A stretch of DNA of 49,589 nucleotides, filler included, from Streblomastix strix (taxonomy: Eukaryota), in the NCBI GenBank assembly GCA_008636045.1. It is 3 parts of 3 records of this genome, joined end to end, with 100 filler letters (N's around TTAATTAATTAA, not from the genome) between each part and the next. Parts side by side here need not be neighbours in the genome. Positions count along the whole stretch, not along the records: positions 16,571 to 33,030 come from SNRW01000806.1; positions 33,131 to 49,589 come from SNRW01000807.1; 1 more part is not named here. One strand, given 5' to 3'. Under the pieces are notes generated by a model. The model saw only the letters and a list, made by a program, of their open reading frames with translations. It had not been told where the DNA came from and made no database searches. Shown piece by piece: positions 24,567-38,039 of the stretch. Both the position numbers and the translations under genes were made by a program. Numbering within the stretch: the first letter of the stretch is position 1; the number at the start of each line of letters is the position of its first letter.

Positions 24567-25295
24567 TCACTTACTTTCCTAACGTCTTTAATTCCTTTCA
24601 TAAAAAGATCTTGATTATGGCTGCAATGTTGTAATGCGCTGCTAAAAAACTGTTCTAAATGCTTCAAACTCTTCTGCTCCAATGAAAGTCCCAAACTTAA
24701 GGGCTGACAAGATTTCTCCCTCAATTTCATACAGGTTCTCTGTCCCCATTCCAAGCATATGCGCCCACCACCAATTTGGCTTGATAATGTCGCAGCTCAT
24801 CTTGTGACTCAACAAACAGCTGCCTACAAACAGTGATTGGAGCGTAGTAGGAGAAACAATTTCAGGTTTCAAATGCCAAATGCGTCTTATGAGGATACCA
24901 GCAGATAGAAATTCTGTCTCAGACATTCCTGACTCATGCAATACATGAATCATTAATTCGTAAAATGTCTGGCATGCATCCGACAGCTCAGGCACGGATC
25001 CAATATTTTCATCAGCTAAAACGATTAGCTCACGCCCCAAATTATCTCTTCCTATTATTTGTGCATTATCATATACTCCTTTGCACATGTCGCAGTACAA
25101 CAGCCACGCAAGGCTTTCATGCGTAGCCCGGGCGTCGAATACCGGCACAGGAACACTTTCAGGCGTCGAACTCGCTTCACCAGAGCTCCCCGAGCTCTCC
25201 ACCATCACCTCAGACCGCGAGTGCTCAGCTCTCTATGCATCAACATGCATAAGAGGTATCGCTGAAGATATTTTGCTTCGGCTGGTTGCTTTCAT
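24567..25295 (-). CDS. Pho80/PCL-type cyclin-like protein (242 aa, intronless)
   Basis: LFVGSCLLSHKMSCDIIKPNWWWAHMLGMGTENLYEIEGEILSALKF matches the PCL cyclin box pattern. The ORF extends through TAG/TAA to ATG 25295 and TGA 24567. Confidence 0.8.
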
Positions 25296-26689
25296 TTTTT
25301 TATGCGCCTGATGGTTAAATATTTGCTAGAATAATGAGGTTAAATTCGAAATAAAATTTATAAATTTAATATTGAAATATATTTTAATTAATAAAAAAAT
25401 GTTTTTTTTGAGAATGTATTAAACTGCAAAAATTATAAAATCTTTGTACTCATTCTAAGTTGGATGTTATGGTTCAGAAATTTAATACTAAATTACTTGA
25501 AACTATCTTTTAAATTTTTTAGATTAGCTTAATTAACAAATGCACTTGAATAATTTAATTAGAAGAATTAGCATGAAAAATATATCGCTTCGCAATTAAA
25601 GAAAAAAAATATAAATTATATTGATTTAATGAATAATTTTTTCTTTACGTATAGTATTATTAAAATAGTGCCAATGGTCAATTTTGAGTTAATAATAAAA
25701 AATTGATCCATGATCTGTGGCTCGTTTTATTTTTGAAGTCAAAAATATATGAAAATAAAAAATTTTCCTAAAATAGAGCAATTTTATTATTTATGAGAAG
25801 TTACAAATTTAATGAATTTAGTTTGAATTGAACAATAATGAATTAATTAGTATTATTTTATGCAAAATAATTGAATCTTAAATAAGTTTACCATACTTTT
25901 AACTAAGAATAAAAATTATTTCTATTGGCTCAATTTTCATGAATTACATTACAAATAATTTGATTATATTTTCCTTGATTAAATTTATTTAGGTCAAGAG
26001 ATTATGTATGGTAGTTTGAAATATGTTCAGCACTTTTATAAAGTTATTGAATGAATTTAAATAAATTGAATTTATTTGTAAATATTTCACGAAGTTAATT
26101 AGATTTTGAGGAAAAAATAATAATTTTTTTTCTCGATGGGCAAAATTTTGGTTTTATTTTTTAGATCTGAAGTTAATGACTTGCTTGGATGCAAATTAAA
26201 TTCAAATTGAGATATTCTCATGTATGTGCAAAATTAATTATAAAAATAAAAATTTTAATGCAAGTAATAGTTCGGGAATGTTAGCAAGTGAAATTTTTAT
26301 TATAAAAAATTTTAAAAGCAATTCTTATAAATAATTCTATTTCAAAATTAGTTATATATGAATATATTTATTTGTAAAATATGACGTAAAATAAGAAAAT
26401 TATTTCAAAATAAATAAAAATTAATTTGCCCGGTTACAAGCAACAAAATAAAAAAATCTGCATTTACCGCGAATTCATAAACGGAATGCTTCAATAATGT
26501 TCAAATAAAATCAAATGACAAATATAGTATAATTCAAATTATAAAAAGTACTATTTTATCAACATAGTGCAAAATTAGCAAAGTAAATAAAAAAATAAAA
26601 AATTGTTTTAAAAATTAATTAAAGAATACAGTCATTTAAATGCGGTCAAAATTAGTTAGAAATAAAGAATCAATAATAAAATTACATTA

Positions 26690-28112
26690 AAAACAGGAAA
26701 AAAATATGTACAAAATCCTGCAGCGGTCTGCTTCATAATTAGAGCTTATTTACACGTAACCCCTAAGAAATTGATTGAAATATTATTAAAAAACAGTTTA
26801 AGTTGATAAAAATTCATGTATATATACAATCTACTCTAAATATTGTTTCTATATGAAAACAAAATTTTAACCCAAATAGCAGTATATAATTCTTCCGCAA
26901 GAGATTTAAGATTGCGATTTGAGCTTCATTTGTATCTCCACTTTTTTTCCTCATTATATCATAATCCTGACTTAACTATTTGAAAAGCGCTTTTCACGCG
27001 AGGAACTCGATGAAGTCCTTTCTCATCATGAATATTTTACAATAAAGATCCTGTAATAGAAGATTGAGATATTGTTTAGAAATGAGAATGTCATTTGATC
27101 TGATATTTAAGAAAACATAGATTTTTCACATCATCAGATACAAATAACTTTCGAAAATATGAAAAAAATCGAGGATAAGGACTGATGTGTAGTAAAAGAT
27201 TAATGGAAATTGAAGAAGAAAATAAAATTGTAAAGATTTTTGAAAATAAAATGATGTTGCATAACTTTTCCAATTAGTTTAATGTTGTTGAAATTGTATG
27301 AATATATAAATATAGAATTAATGATGAAAAAATATAAATTAAATTTTGATATAGGTAAAGGATTTGAATAAGAAAATACATCACGCAATGATTTTTTCTA
27401 AAAAAATCAATATTCCTTAGTTGGATCGTTTTATTTGAAATAAAAATGTTTTTATTTCAAAAATAATCAATATTTAAACAAAACTTTTATAACATTTTAG
27501 CAATTTAAGCTCTTTAGAGGATATATTGTTGATTAAAAAAGGTTTTGATCCCGCACAAGATCCAATTTAGCACTTTGTTATAAAATATTTATTTTTTAAA
27601 TATATATATATTAATTATTCTCATTTCTAAGAAATCTAAGATTGCAAAAGAAAAGACAACTAAATAATTTGATATATTTGAACAAACTATGGTCGAAATT
27701 TCTGAATTGAACACACCAACACTTATCACAATGGTGAATGATGAAGAAGATCTTCAATTAACTTCTAAATATATTGAAGAAAAGTATAAATATGATAAAT
27801 TTAAATACTAATTTATTTCTTGTTGTAATTATTTTGTTTAATATTTTCAGATAATTCTGAATATTAATCACACCTCCATATCAGCATAATCCTTTTGCTT
27901 CTCCGTGGATCTAGTCAGATGGTTTCGATATTGATGAAGATAAAGAAGGTTTTAATGACTTCTAGGTTTAATAAAGGATTGATAAGCTTAAACAAAAGAA
28001 ATGTGTTTGGGAACCAGTTAATTATTATTTCACAATTGTGCAAAGTTTGAGGAGAAACGAAGAAGGCAATAAAAATGAAGATGATTCAAATTAAATTGAA
28101 GAAAATGAATGA
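26690..28112 (+). pseudogene. Degenerate multi-exon hypothetical gene
   Basis: Exon-like blocks with GT..AG boundaries (...KKGFDPAQDPIQHF|KSKIAKEK...|QF*ILITPPYQHNPFASPW...EENE-TGA 28110-28112). Contains in-frame TGAs and frameshifts. Confidence 0.45.
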
Positions 28113-28214
28113 AATTATGAAATTTGTTTAAATTTAAAATATTTCTGTTATATTATCTTGTTTGCTAATATTTCATTTTCTTGTTGAAATAATTCTATGT
28201 TAATCAATAAACTA

Positions 28215-28413
28215 CCGTCACATCCAATATGTGTAATGACCCACCAAAATGCATAATATGGGTACAGTTTAAGTGACGTTCAAATTAAAAATGAGAGTCC
28301 CTGTGGGAAGAATATATTTAATATATAAAATATAAAATGTATGAATATGTTAGTTAAAAAAGAATTTCTTGATTTTTGGGGTTACAATCTAATTTATTGC
28401 TGTACAATTACAT
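28215..28413. repeat. Left TIR (~199 bp)
   Basis: Inverted match to 30911-31109. Confidence 0.95.
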
Positions 28414-28415
28414 AC

Positions 28416-30550
28416 ATGGTACTAAAATTAACAAAACGAAGCACCAAAGCATTAATATCTCGACAAAGTTGTTTGTCGCTTGCTGCACTGATTTTGGCTT
28501 GCTTACTTGATTTTCCAGGACAACCTACTCTTCCTGCCAGAGACTATGGCGTTACTGTGAGAAAGGTTTATGATGTAGCTAGGTGCTACTGTCGTGCTAC
28601 TTAATATACTGAAGGACATACAAAATTTCCCAGCTATATCACAACAGAACGATAATAAAAACTGGCAACAGAAATCACAAATTCTTTAAGGAAGGGTCAA
28701 TCAATTACTGAAATGGATATTAATAATCGATTGTACTAATTGAAAAAAGAAGAATAATAACTTGCACTAAATCGTTCTCGTTAGTTGAAGCTTACCGGAT
28801 TGGAGCGAACTTTCAGCATCCCAGCCTCTCCTCCAAGTGATTCTTATGTTAGAAGATTTATAAATTAACACAGAATTTCTTTATCATCTTCAAATGGAAT
28901 GGCAGCCAATCGTGTAGATGCATCATATTCATCTAATATTAGGGCATGGTTTAGAGACATTTACACGTAAGAACTTCTCTAAGATGTAAGGCCAAGAGGA
29001 CTCTTTAATATGGATGAGGCGATGCTTTAAATGGATATAAGATATCGTATTGCTCGATTAATCGGACGCAAAGAAGCTCAAATTTCGCAGTACAAAATTT
29101 GGGTAGCCATATAACAATTTGTGCAACAGTTTCTCCTGGGTAACGGAGTCCACCTTCATTTTTTATAATTGGCAATCTTCTCTCTATACCTCGTGAACTC
29201 CAAGATATAGCGAATAGTGAGTAGGCTACATTTTCAGTATCAAAATCTGGCTGGATTAATTAGGATATATTCCTGCAATACATGCAAATGTTTTCAAAAT
29301 GGGTTCGCAAACAGAGAGAAGACAAATACTTCGAAAAAGATGAACCAGTACTAATGATCGTCGATGGACATACTTCACGGAAAAGTGATTTGATTCATGA
29401 ACTATGTAAGAGTGAAAATATCAGGGTAGTTACTCTCCAAGGAGCTTTAACTTCACTTTTATAACCTCTTGATGTTGCAGTTTTCGCCCCGTTCTGAACT
29501 TATTATAGGAAATAAATGAGAAAATAGTTTGATGCAGTGAAGATGAAATCACACACAGTATTTGTTAGACTTACGGCGGAATAAAAACGTAGAATGGTCG
29601 TTCGTTGTGCTATAGACGCTCTTTAGTAGTCAACAACATCTATGACAAGAGAGAATGCGTTTATTACAACGGGACTCTATCCTCGTAATCCCAATAAGCC
29701 AATATCTAGAGATTATGTTGTGAAAGATGATGAAGATCCTAAGTATCCTAATGGACGTCAGCCACTGAATTCGGCTCAATCAGCAAGAGTTTTGGTTACG
29801 CCTAAGAAACGAAAGAGAGAAGAATTATAATAGGATGCAAATATTGAGGAGTAAGGAAATCCAGATTCAACCTAAAATGAGAAAGGATAGAAAAAAAAGA
29901 AGACTCAATGTCAATTCGACATAAATTTATAAGCTCAATTTCTCATCAAATAGTGAAACTAATTCGAAAATAAAGCAGAAATCGCAGTAGTAGAGTGTAG
30001 ATACTAAGTTTGATAAAAGTGTTTATAGGAAAAACAGAGCTAACGTCCCAAAAGCACAACGTAATGATGATTTGCAGACACTGATTAGAGAATTGCAAGA
30101 AGAGGGAGCAAGATGTATGAACAATAGAGGTAAAGGAGATTGTCTTTTTCTGTTTGCAAAAAAATTAATTAAATCTATTTTTCATTATTTTAATTCTTTT
30201 TTATTATTTAATTAATTATAAGCGCAATTGCAGATTAACTTACTCACCGTCATCTCTCCGCAAGGAGGATAAGGTCTGATGCTTGCAACTATATGTTATA
30301 ACATAGATAACTATACGAAGATGGGTTTATAGCTGATGAAGAAACATTGGAATAATATGTAGCAAAAATGAAGAATGATGGTGAGTACGGCGATGGAAGA
30401 ATTTTCGGTGCGATTTGTGACTTATATAATATTAGGATTAAAATTAGAATGCCAGGAAACATAGAATTTGAAGATGGAAAAGAGGGCAAACCAGTAATTG
30501 AACTTGGTTATGTAGGTCATATCTACTACGTATCTATCCGCAGAGACTGA
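28416..30550 (+). pseudogene. pogo-type transposase with C-terminal OTU-like cysteine protease domain (intron 30152-30222; frameshifts near 29095 and 29895; TGA near 29495)
   Basis: LFNMDE, SKSGWIN, MIVDGHTSR and QPLDVAVF, with 35 residues between the 2nd and 3rd Asp. The tail reads GKGDCLFL|AIADQL...IRSDACNYM...YVAKMKNDGEYGDGRIFGAICDLY...IELGYVGHIYYVSI. Confidence 0.85.
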
Positions 30551-30910
30551 TGGAGCATAATTCTTTTATCTGTACAAAGATAGAAAGTAATATTTCAGTA
30601 ATTATATAAATTCATTTAATTAACAAAATATATGCTAAAGTACTTCAATAAAACTTAAATCATTCGCAAATTATTTTCCGATTCGAATTTTAAATGTATA
30701 TAAAGAATTTAATAAGCTCATTTGGATAATTATGTTCTAAATAATATTAATATTGCAATTATTATATTATAATAAAAATTGAATTTGTAAGAACAATAAG
30801 ATTATGCAAAAATAAAAAATTATTTTTTTTTAATTTTCTTTAAAATGAAACTATGATTATATTTATAGATTTAATTATTTTAAATATTGTTTTGTATTGT
30901 AGAAAATTAA

Positions 30911-31109
30911 ATGTAATTGTACAGCAATAAATTAGATTATAAGCCAAAAAAACAAGAAATTCTTTTTTAACTGACATATTCATACATTTTATATTTTATA
31001 TAATAAATATTTTCTTCCCACCGGGACTCACATTTTTAATTTGAACGTCACTTAAACTGTACCCATATTACGCATTTTGGTGGGTCATTACACATATTGG
31101 ATGTGACGG
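30911..31109. repeat. Right TIR (~199 bp)
   Basis: Inverted match to 28215-28413. Confidence 0.95.
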
Positions 31110-31762
31110 TACATATATTAATATAAAAAGTAGTTGAATTATAAATATTGAAACATATGTTAATAAGAATGTTGTTTGATTAACAAAATATTGACAATAA
31201 TTGCAAATTAAGCATCTAACAATACTCAATTCAAAGACAAAATATATAAATCAAGCATTGAACATAATTATATGTCCATTTTCAATATAACTTTCTTGAT
31301 TGCATATTTTCTCAATTAAAAGACTTTAAAATTAAATAAATAACGGAAATATTTAATGAAATATTAAAGTAATTTTATGCCGATTAGTATTTATTTAGTT
31401 GTATATTCACTCTTTACTATTTTAAACAATACACTCTGAGAAATATGTATGAAAGTGTTTGAATAGGTATGAAATGATTAACAAGACAATTTTCAAGAAT
31501 TTTGAGCTTATTTCAAAAAATAATAAAGAAATCATAGAGAAATAAATTAAAAATATGATAATTTACTAATAATAATAGCATCATAAGCATACATTGTCAG
31601 AAACATGTTTTAGCCCACCTCTTGTTGGCAAGATGGATTATATTCAATTATATTATATGATGAAGAAGAAAATGGAATAAATGAGAAATAGAAATTAATA
31701 ATAAAAATTTGAAGGTTTCATCTAATATGTTCATGGTTACATCAAAAGTGACTAGATGAAAA

Positions 31763-33030
31763 TCATTATTAATTTGGTGAAGAAGAGTCTGCTGGTGGAT
31801 AATCCAATAAAACCAAATATTAATTTGATGAAGATGAAGAAGAAATTAATGTAGAAGGAGTTAATGGTGTTGATATAGCTGAATGTGAGCGTGAAGAATT
31901 TGATAAAGAATGATTCGATTGAATGGATATACCTGATTATGGACGATCTTAATTATAGAATGAATTAGGGGTGATAGGTTATTTTTATGATTAATGTTAT
32001 TAACGCGAAGAAGATGATGGAGAATTAGTATTAATTTATTAATTTTGTTTCCTATTTGATTCAGAAATATTTTATTAGGGAAAATATTATTTTATATTTT
32101 ATTATTAATTAAGCTGTTATTGAGATGCCTCCTAATCATATTCTGATATGTAATTCTCTTTGTAATTATTTGTTTAATCTTTCAAAACAAATCTTTATTC
32201 TTCTTATATGATATCCTCTTATTAGTTATTATTTGAATGATTATTTTCAATTGGATGACTAACATATTATTCTTCTCCTTATCTACCTCGTTATTCTCTT
32301 AATCTATCATATGTCTATAAAATAAATAAAGAGAATAAATATAATATAAAAAATTAGATGGAATTCGTACCTTGTTTCTGACTAAGTGAATTATAATTAT
32401 AATTAAAATTACAACTATAACAGCAAGAACTGAAGCAATAGCAATCAATGCAATAAATCCAGCTGATAATCCATCTTTCTTTGCTACTTCATCTTTTATT
32501 TCATCTTTTCCTAAAATTTCTTCTTCTTATATTCCATCTTAAATCTTTTCTCTACATTCATCTCGTGGATCATCAATATCGAAACAACAACATTCATCAA
32601 TCGGAGTATTTGCTGTTGGGATACAAGATTTCTTGCATTAAGGACGAGGATCATTCATTTCAAGACATCCGCATTCAATAATTGATGTGTTGATTAAAGG
32701 AATGCATGCTTTTTAACAAACTGCTCGAGGATCATTATTTGCAAGACATGGATATTAATCAGTAACTAGAGTATCTGGAGTGGGAATATTAATTGTCTTG
32801 CATGCTTCTCTTGGATCATTATTTGCAAGACATGGATATTAATCAGTTATTGGTGATTCTTCTGTAGGAATACTTATTGTCTTGCATGCTTCTCTTGGAT
32901 CATTATTTGCAAGACATGGATATTAATCAGTTATTGGTGATTCTTCTGTAGGAATACTTATTGTCCTGCATGCTTCTCTTGGATCATTATGAGCAAGACA
33001 TGGATTATCAATAGTAACTGGAGTATCTTC
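31763..33030 (-). CDS. Type I membrane (surface) protein with Cys-containing tandem repeats, a single TM and a Q/S-rich cytoplasmic tail (5'-truncated)
   Basis: Repeats PCLANNDPREACKTISIPTEESPITDQY, TM GLSAGFIALIAIASVLAVIVVILIIIII, an intron at ~32316-32370, and TGA at 31763. Confidence 0.78.
32717..33030 (-). repeat. 84-bp (28-aa) coding tandem repeat, at least 3.5 copies
   Basis: CATGCTTCTCTTGGATCATTAT recurs at 32801, 32885 and 32969. Confidence 0.92.
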
Positions 33031-33130
33031 NNNNNNNNNNNNNNNNNNNNNNNNNNNNNNNNNNNNNNNNNNNNTTAATTAATTAANNNNNNNNNNNNNN
33101 NNNNNNNNNNNNNNNNNNNNNNNNNNNNNN
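33031..33130. other. Artificial contig-joining spacer
   Basis: N44-TTAATTAATTAA-N44. Confidence 0.98.
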
Positions 33131-33239
33131 TACAATTATAAGGTACTTAAAACAGAATATTAGGAGACATCATAAAATAGGAATAAGATAACTCGCCGAG
33201 CTATCCCCGGTCAAAGCTCATTATACCACAGTTGCTGGA

Positions 33240-33900
33240 GTACTATAAGTTGCAAATATGTAGAAAATTGCTAGAAGACGTGGACCCAGACTCGCAGTCA
33301 AACATAAAGAATAAAGGAAAAAATAATTGAGGATTGGATCGTGAATTGTGTTAATTTGAAATAAGTCATATGGGCTAATGAAAATAAATTCAGGCTTGAA
33401 GAACCAGATGAATATTATAATTACTGGAATAAAATTGACAGAAAACAACCTGAAGATGTTCTTTTGAAGAACTACTAGCGCAATAAAGTAGTGATGATTT
33501 GGATGGCAATTTCTGAAATAGGTGCAATTCATTTTCAAAGAGTTAAAGGATCAATAAATGGTGATAAGTACTATAATATTGTTAAATAAGATGCACTGCT
33601 TGAGATACACAGAAGTAATGGCTCAGACTTCATTTTCCAGCAAGATAATGCCTCTTGTTACAAAAAAAAATGATGTTTTGAAAGGATCTCATTTACATGA
33701 AATGGAGATTTTGCAGTGGTCTGCTTGTTCATCGGACTTATCTCCGATCGAAAACGTATGGAGTATCATTGCTCGCAAAATATATGCAGACAAAGGAACG
33801 TTTGACTCTGAAGATGAGCTGTAGCTTTAGCTTGATCAAGTAATCAGGGGATTAATACAAGAAGAGATTAATCTTTTTGATGAAAGTATTGAAAATAAAA
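33240..33900 (+). pseudogene. Tc1-like DD34E transposase remnant
   Basis: VIWANENKF (first Asp decayed), VMIWMAIS, FQQDNASC and WSACSSDLSPIENVW. The D-to-E spacing is 34 after correcting a frameshift at the A9 run (~33662). Confidence 0.85.
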
Positions 33901-33904
33901 TTTT

Positions 33905-35000
33905 GATACTGACTGCACATATATCTCATAAAATCAAGCCTTTGAACTGTGGAGTGAATGCGAGATTAAAGCAGAAAATGAGAGAGGTATTCAAGTATTC
34001 AAAGGATAGTTCTGCATCGTCGTTAAGAGTAGCATTTGTAAAAGCATTGAAAACTGCGGTAAATTAGGCATTAGATAGTGAAGTATTAAATGTTTGAATA
34101 TTAATGTATATTCGTTTTTATAAGTAATTCAAAAATTAATTCATTTATTTTTTTTTAAAGAATCATTTTTGAAATCAGGAATAGAACATGATGATCAATC
34201 CAAATGTTTTGAAGGACTCCCGAAAACAATTGAAATAAAATCAATCATAAAACTCTTCAACTATAACTGTAATATCAACAACAACTACATCTATAAGTTC
34301 AACTACAACAAAAGTAATATCTACAATAACTACTACAAATATTTCAACTTCATCATCTTCTTCTCCATCATCAGAATCATTACCATAATCTCTTGAATCT
34401 ACAAAGGGAAAATTTCCAATTTCTGGAAAAGTGTTAACGTCAAGATTAGTTGGATTGGAGTGGAAGCATTTTGAAAAGATAAAAGAAATGAAGTAAAAAG
34501 GAAAAAACTGAAATTAAACTCTGATAAAGGTGATGAATCTGTATCAGATGAAGAAGAAGAATCAGATTTTGATGTGGAAAAATTTGATAAAAGACATTAC
34601 AATTAGGGGAAAAAAGAAAGTAAATAAAACGAAAAAAAAAGTAAAAAATCTAAGTATTAACCAAGAAATAAGAGAATAAAAAAATAATTCCGATGTTGAA
34701 AATGATTCAATTTCAGATTCGGATTCTGATGAATGGAATTAATATTTATAAATGTAAAATGAAATTGATTCAGAAGATATTGAACTAGATGAATATGAAG
34801 AGAACGAAGAAGAAAGGATAGGGATTCTTTTGATATGCAAGATACCCAATACAAAATGAAAAAAGAAAGTGAATATTATGGAAAAAGATTAAATGTTCAA
34901 GAAAATAGAAGGATCTAATTATAATATCAAAGTTGAAAAGTATAATTGGATGATGATTGCAAAGCAGTTGCAAAAAGAAGAATGCCACGAGTTTGCGTTA
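33905..35000 (+). pseudogene. C-terminal remnant of a pogo/DDE_1-type transposase with a low-complexity tail
   Basis: LTAHISHKIKPLNCGVNARLKQK resembles LPxHTSHxxQPLDxGV. An intron-like gap at ~34092-34160 is followed by S/T-rich and acidic/basic tracts. Confidence 0.6.
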
Positions 35001-36569
35001 AATAAATTGTTTTATTAGGAAAAAGTGAAACACAAGTGAAATGATGAGAATATTGAATATGAGTTTCAAAAATGAATACATAATTTCCAATAACCTTTTA
35101 AAATATGAATTGTTTGTATGAAATTGGTTCATAAATGAATAATAAATTAAAAATTAATTATTATTCATTAAAAAATTGACCAATATTTCAAAATTTTTAT
35201 TTTTAATCTCTTAAAATTTAAGTCGAAATTTGTTCTTTATCAATATATAATATAATATTTATTGAGTTCCAAATTGAATAGAAATGCTTGGAAAGAATTA
35301 AATTATTTAATATGAAAAATAGTAATAAACTGGAATTTTGACCAATGAAACCGAAAATAAATATTCGAAAATTCATCTAGAAAACTTAAATTTAAATCAA
35401 ATTCATATCAATTAAATTCATTTTATAAAAATTAATATAATTATTACAAAATCTATCATTGATGCTGTTCATACGTTCTTTTATAGAACCATTTTTGGAA
35501 ATCTATATATTCTGCACAAATAGCCAAAAAGCTATAATTTATATAATACGATATGTTTAATTCCAATTTAAATATATATTATCAGAATTAATACAATTGG
35601 AACTATGCAACCATTGTAATTCGATTTCTATTGAATATGCCACGCATTTCGCGAAATATTTTATAGATCTTATTTAAATTCATCTCATTTTGTTTAATGT
35701 ATTTATATTAAGTAAAAAATCAATTTAAATCACAAATTTTATTTTGCAGGACATTTTTTATTTACTTTACAAGCTACAAATCTATAAAATTCTTCAAGTT
35801 GCTATTCGCACTCCATAATTCTTTGTGATTTTATAAAAATTTCTAGATTTTCTTTATGATCTATATTTTTTACTAATATCAACTATTATTACAAACGTGA
35901 TGTTTGCAATGTAGATTATTCAAAAATAAACGCTCATTCCTGAAGAATCAAAATATGTTTAATAATTTTATTGAAAATTTTCTTTCAACCCAAATGGTTT
36001 GCTCTATGACTGGTACTGTGGCTGGATCAAAAAAATTGCTTTAAAAATTTATCAAATATAAAAAAAATTTTATCTATTAGAAATATTAGAAAAATTTTTG
36101 GCAATTATTAATAGAAATAGTAGATTTTGATTAAAAAATATATTTACTAATCAAATTTTAATACAATAGTATATTTGTAGAATTGCATATTAAAATATAA
36201 TAAAAATAAAATACAATATTTAATAAATGCATCAGTTTAGTTACTTTTTGTTGAGTTTTAATTTAAAATAATTTTTAAAAATCATATTGTAAGCAGAAAT
36301 CAAATTGAAATATTAAATGTATAAAACAAAAAATATGTACTTTAAATATAAATTAAATAAAAATTTTAAGTTAAAATCTATTATGAATAAATATGATATG
36401 AATGAAAATGAAAATAAAATAAAAAAATATTCGAAAAATAGGAAAAATGTAGCTAATAGAAATAATATTTAAAAATTATATAATTATATGCAAGTTTTAA
36501 AATTAATTTAAATTTAATTTAAAATAATAAAATTTAAACAGTTCATATCACCGATTTTACAGATTTGAA

Positions 36570-37665
36570 AGCAAAAAAGTATCCCAATGTACGCATGTTT
36601 CTGTTGTATAATTATAGAAATATGGTGTGAATGCATAAATATAATATTTATAGAATATATGGAATATAAATCAATGATGATGGTACAGTTGATAAGATGA
36701 GTGATGAACTTGCATAAGGATGTGTTAATGGTTTGAAGAATCTTGATATTCGTAACTATCCTTAACCAATAAATATGGAAGTATCACTTCTAAGTATGTT
36801 CAGTGGGTTATATGGAATCACTAACGAAACAATTATACTATAAAGAATTAAAAATATATGCTAATTTTATAAGTTATCTGTGAACACTGATTAGAATTAT
36901 GGTTAAGCTATGATTAATGGTGAACGCAAACCAAATCCATGAATCCAAATAAAAATATTAAGATATCATAATAAAGCTTTCTATGAGTAGACAAATAAAC
37001 CGTTATTGAAGAAGAACTATGAAACTAAAAAAATAATAGTAAGTTACAGAAACAGTTAATTAAATTGAGAAACATTAGATTGATTTAAAAGATTATTTCA
37101 CAATAATAGATGTATCTAGTAAATCGTTAAATGGAAAATATTTTTATAAATTAGAACTAGTTGCATAAGATTTATTGAAAGTAACTAAAGTTGTATCTTG
37201 CTTAAATGGATGGTGCCTCATCACTAAGAATACGATTGCATCACTTAAAAAAATACTATAAAATATAAGTATAAGACAGCAATATATGATTAATTAAGAT
37301 CAATTATACTATTGTAAAAAGGTAAAAAACATATCATAACCATTGATTCACTAGAATAGTATCATTAGTTATTCGAGAAGATTGGTATGAAATTCATTAG
37401 TAATAATCCGTAAATATTCAGTGTATTCTAAGGATTCAAATATATACAAATAGATGAATTAGATTAAATAAAAATAGAATAGTTCCTAGGATTATTCATA
37501 AACACTATTCCAGCGAATGGCGATTTGATATACGATTATATATTAAATTAGTTTTCATTCATTGTGTAGAATGTTGGAAAAAAGACTGAAACTTCGATTA
37601 TACTTCAAAGATTATAAGGTATTGGTAAGAATGTATTCACTAACGTTCTATGCGAATTATTTACA
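36570..37665 (+). pseudogene. Decayed D5-like primase/SF3 helicase (Polinton/DNA-virus-like relic), intronless
   Basis: ...IFSVFQGFKY...YDYILNQFSFIVQNVGKKTETSIILQRLQGIGKNVFTNVLCELF, a Walker A GxGK in D5-helicase context. It is truncated right after this. Confidence 0.7.
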
Positions 37666-38039
37666 GATTTTCTAGAATTTTATTGATCTAACTCAATGAT
37701 TTACCAATAACGGCAGAAGAACGTACGCTCGTGTTCATGTTTTTAGGCGAATTTTCAGCTACTTTCATTTTAGACTTTATTCTTTTTACTTCAAAATCTT
37801 AAATTAATTCAAGCTACTTTTTTAAGAGATTGATTTCTTCTAATATTTTTTCAAACGATCGAGATTCAGTCTATATTTTTCATAAATTCTAAAATGTATC
37901 AATAAAAAATTTTATTTATATTTTTTTCAAGCAGGTGGGGAAAACACAAAAAGGAACACATGTTCTTCTAGTATAAATCAAAATAAGTATAATATTTAGA
38001 GGGTAATGATTAGTTAAAACAAATGATATTCTTGTGTAA

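Larger units (their letters stand above)
28215..31109 (+). mobile_element. Complete pogo/Fot1-like (Tc1/mariner superfamily, DD35D) DNA transposon, 2895 bp, TA target-site duplication
   Basis: TA|CCGTCACATCC...GGATGTGACGG|TA, ~200-bp TIRs, and a DDE_1-type transposase inside. Confidence 0.95.

Noticed and set aside
25320..26650. Long AT-rich tracts (also 23450-24500, 35100-36500, 41750-42450)
   Set aside because: I could not find a supportable ORF, RNA gene or repeat structure by eye.
32717..33030. CRISPR-like array
   Set aside because: Units are wholly repeated 84-bp in-frame coding repeats with no unique spacers, and there are no cas genes.
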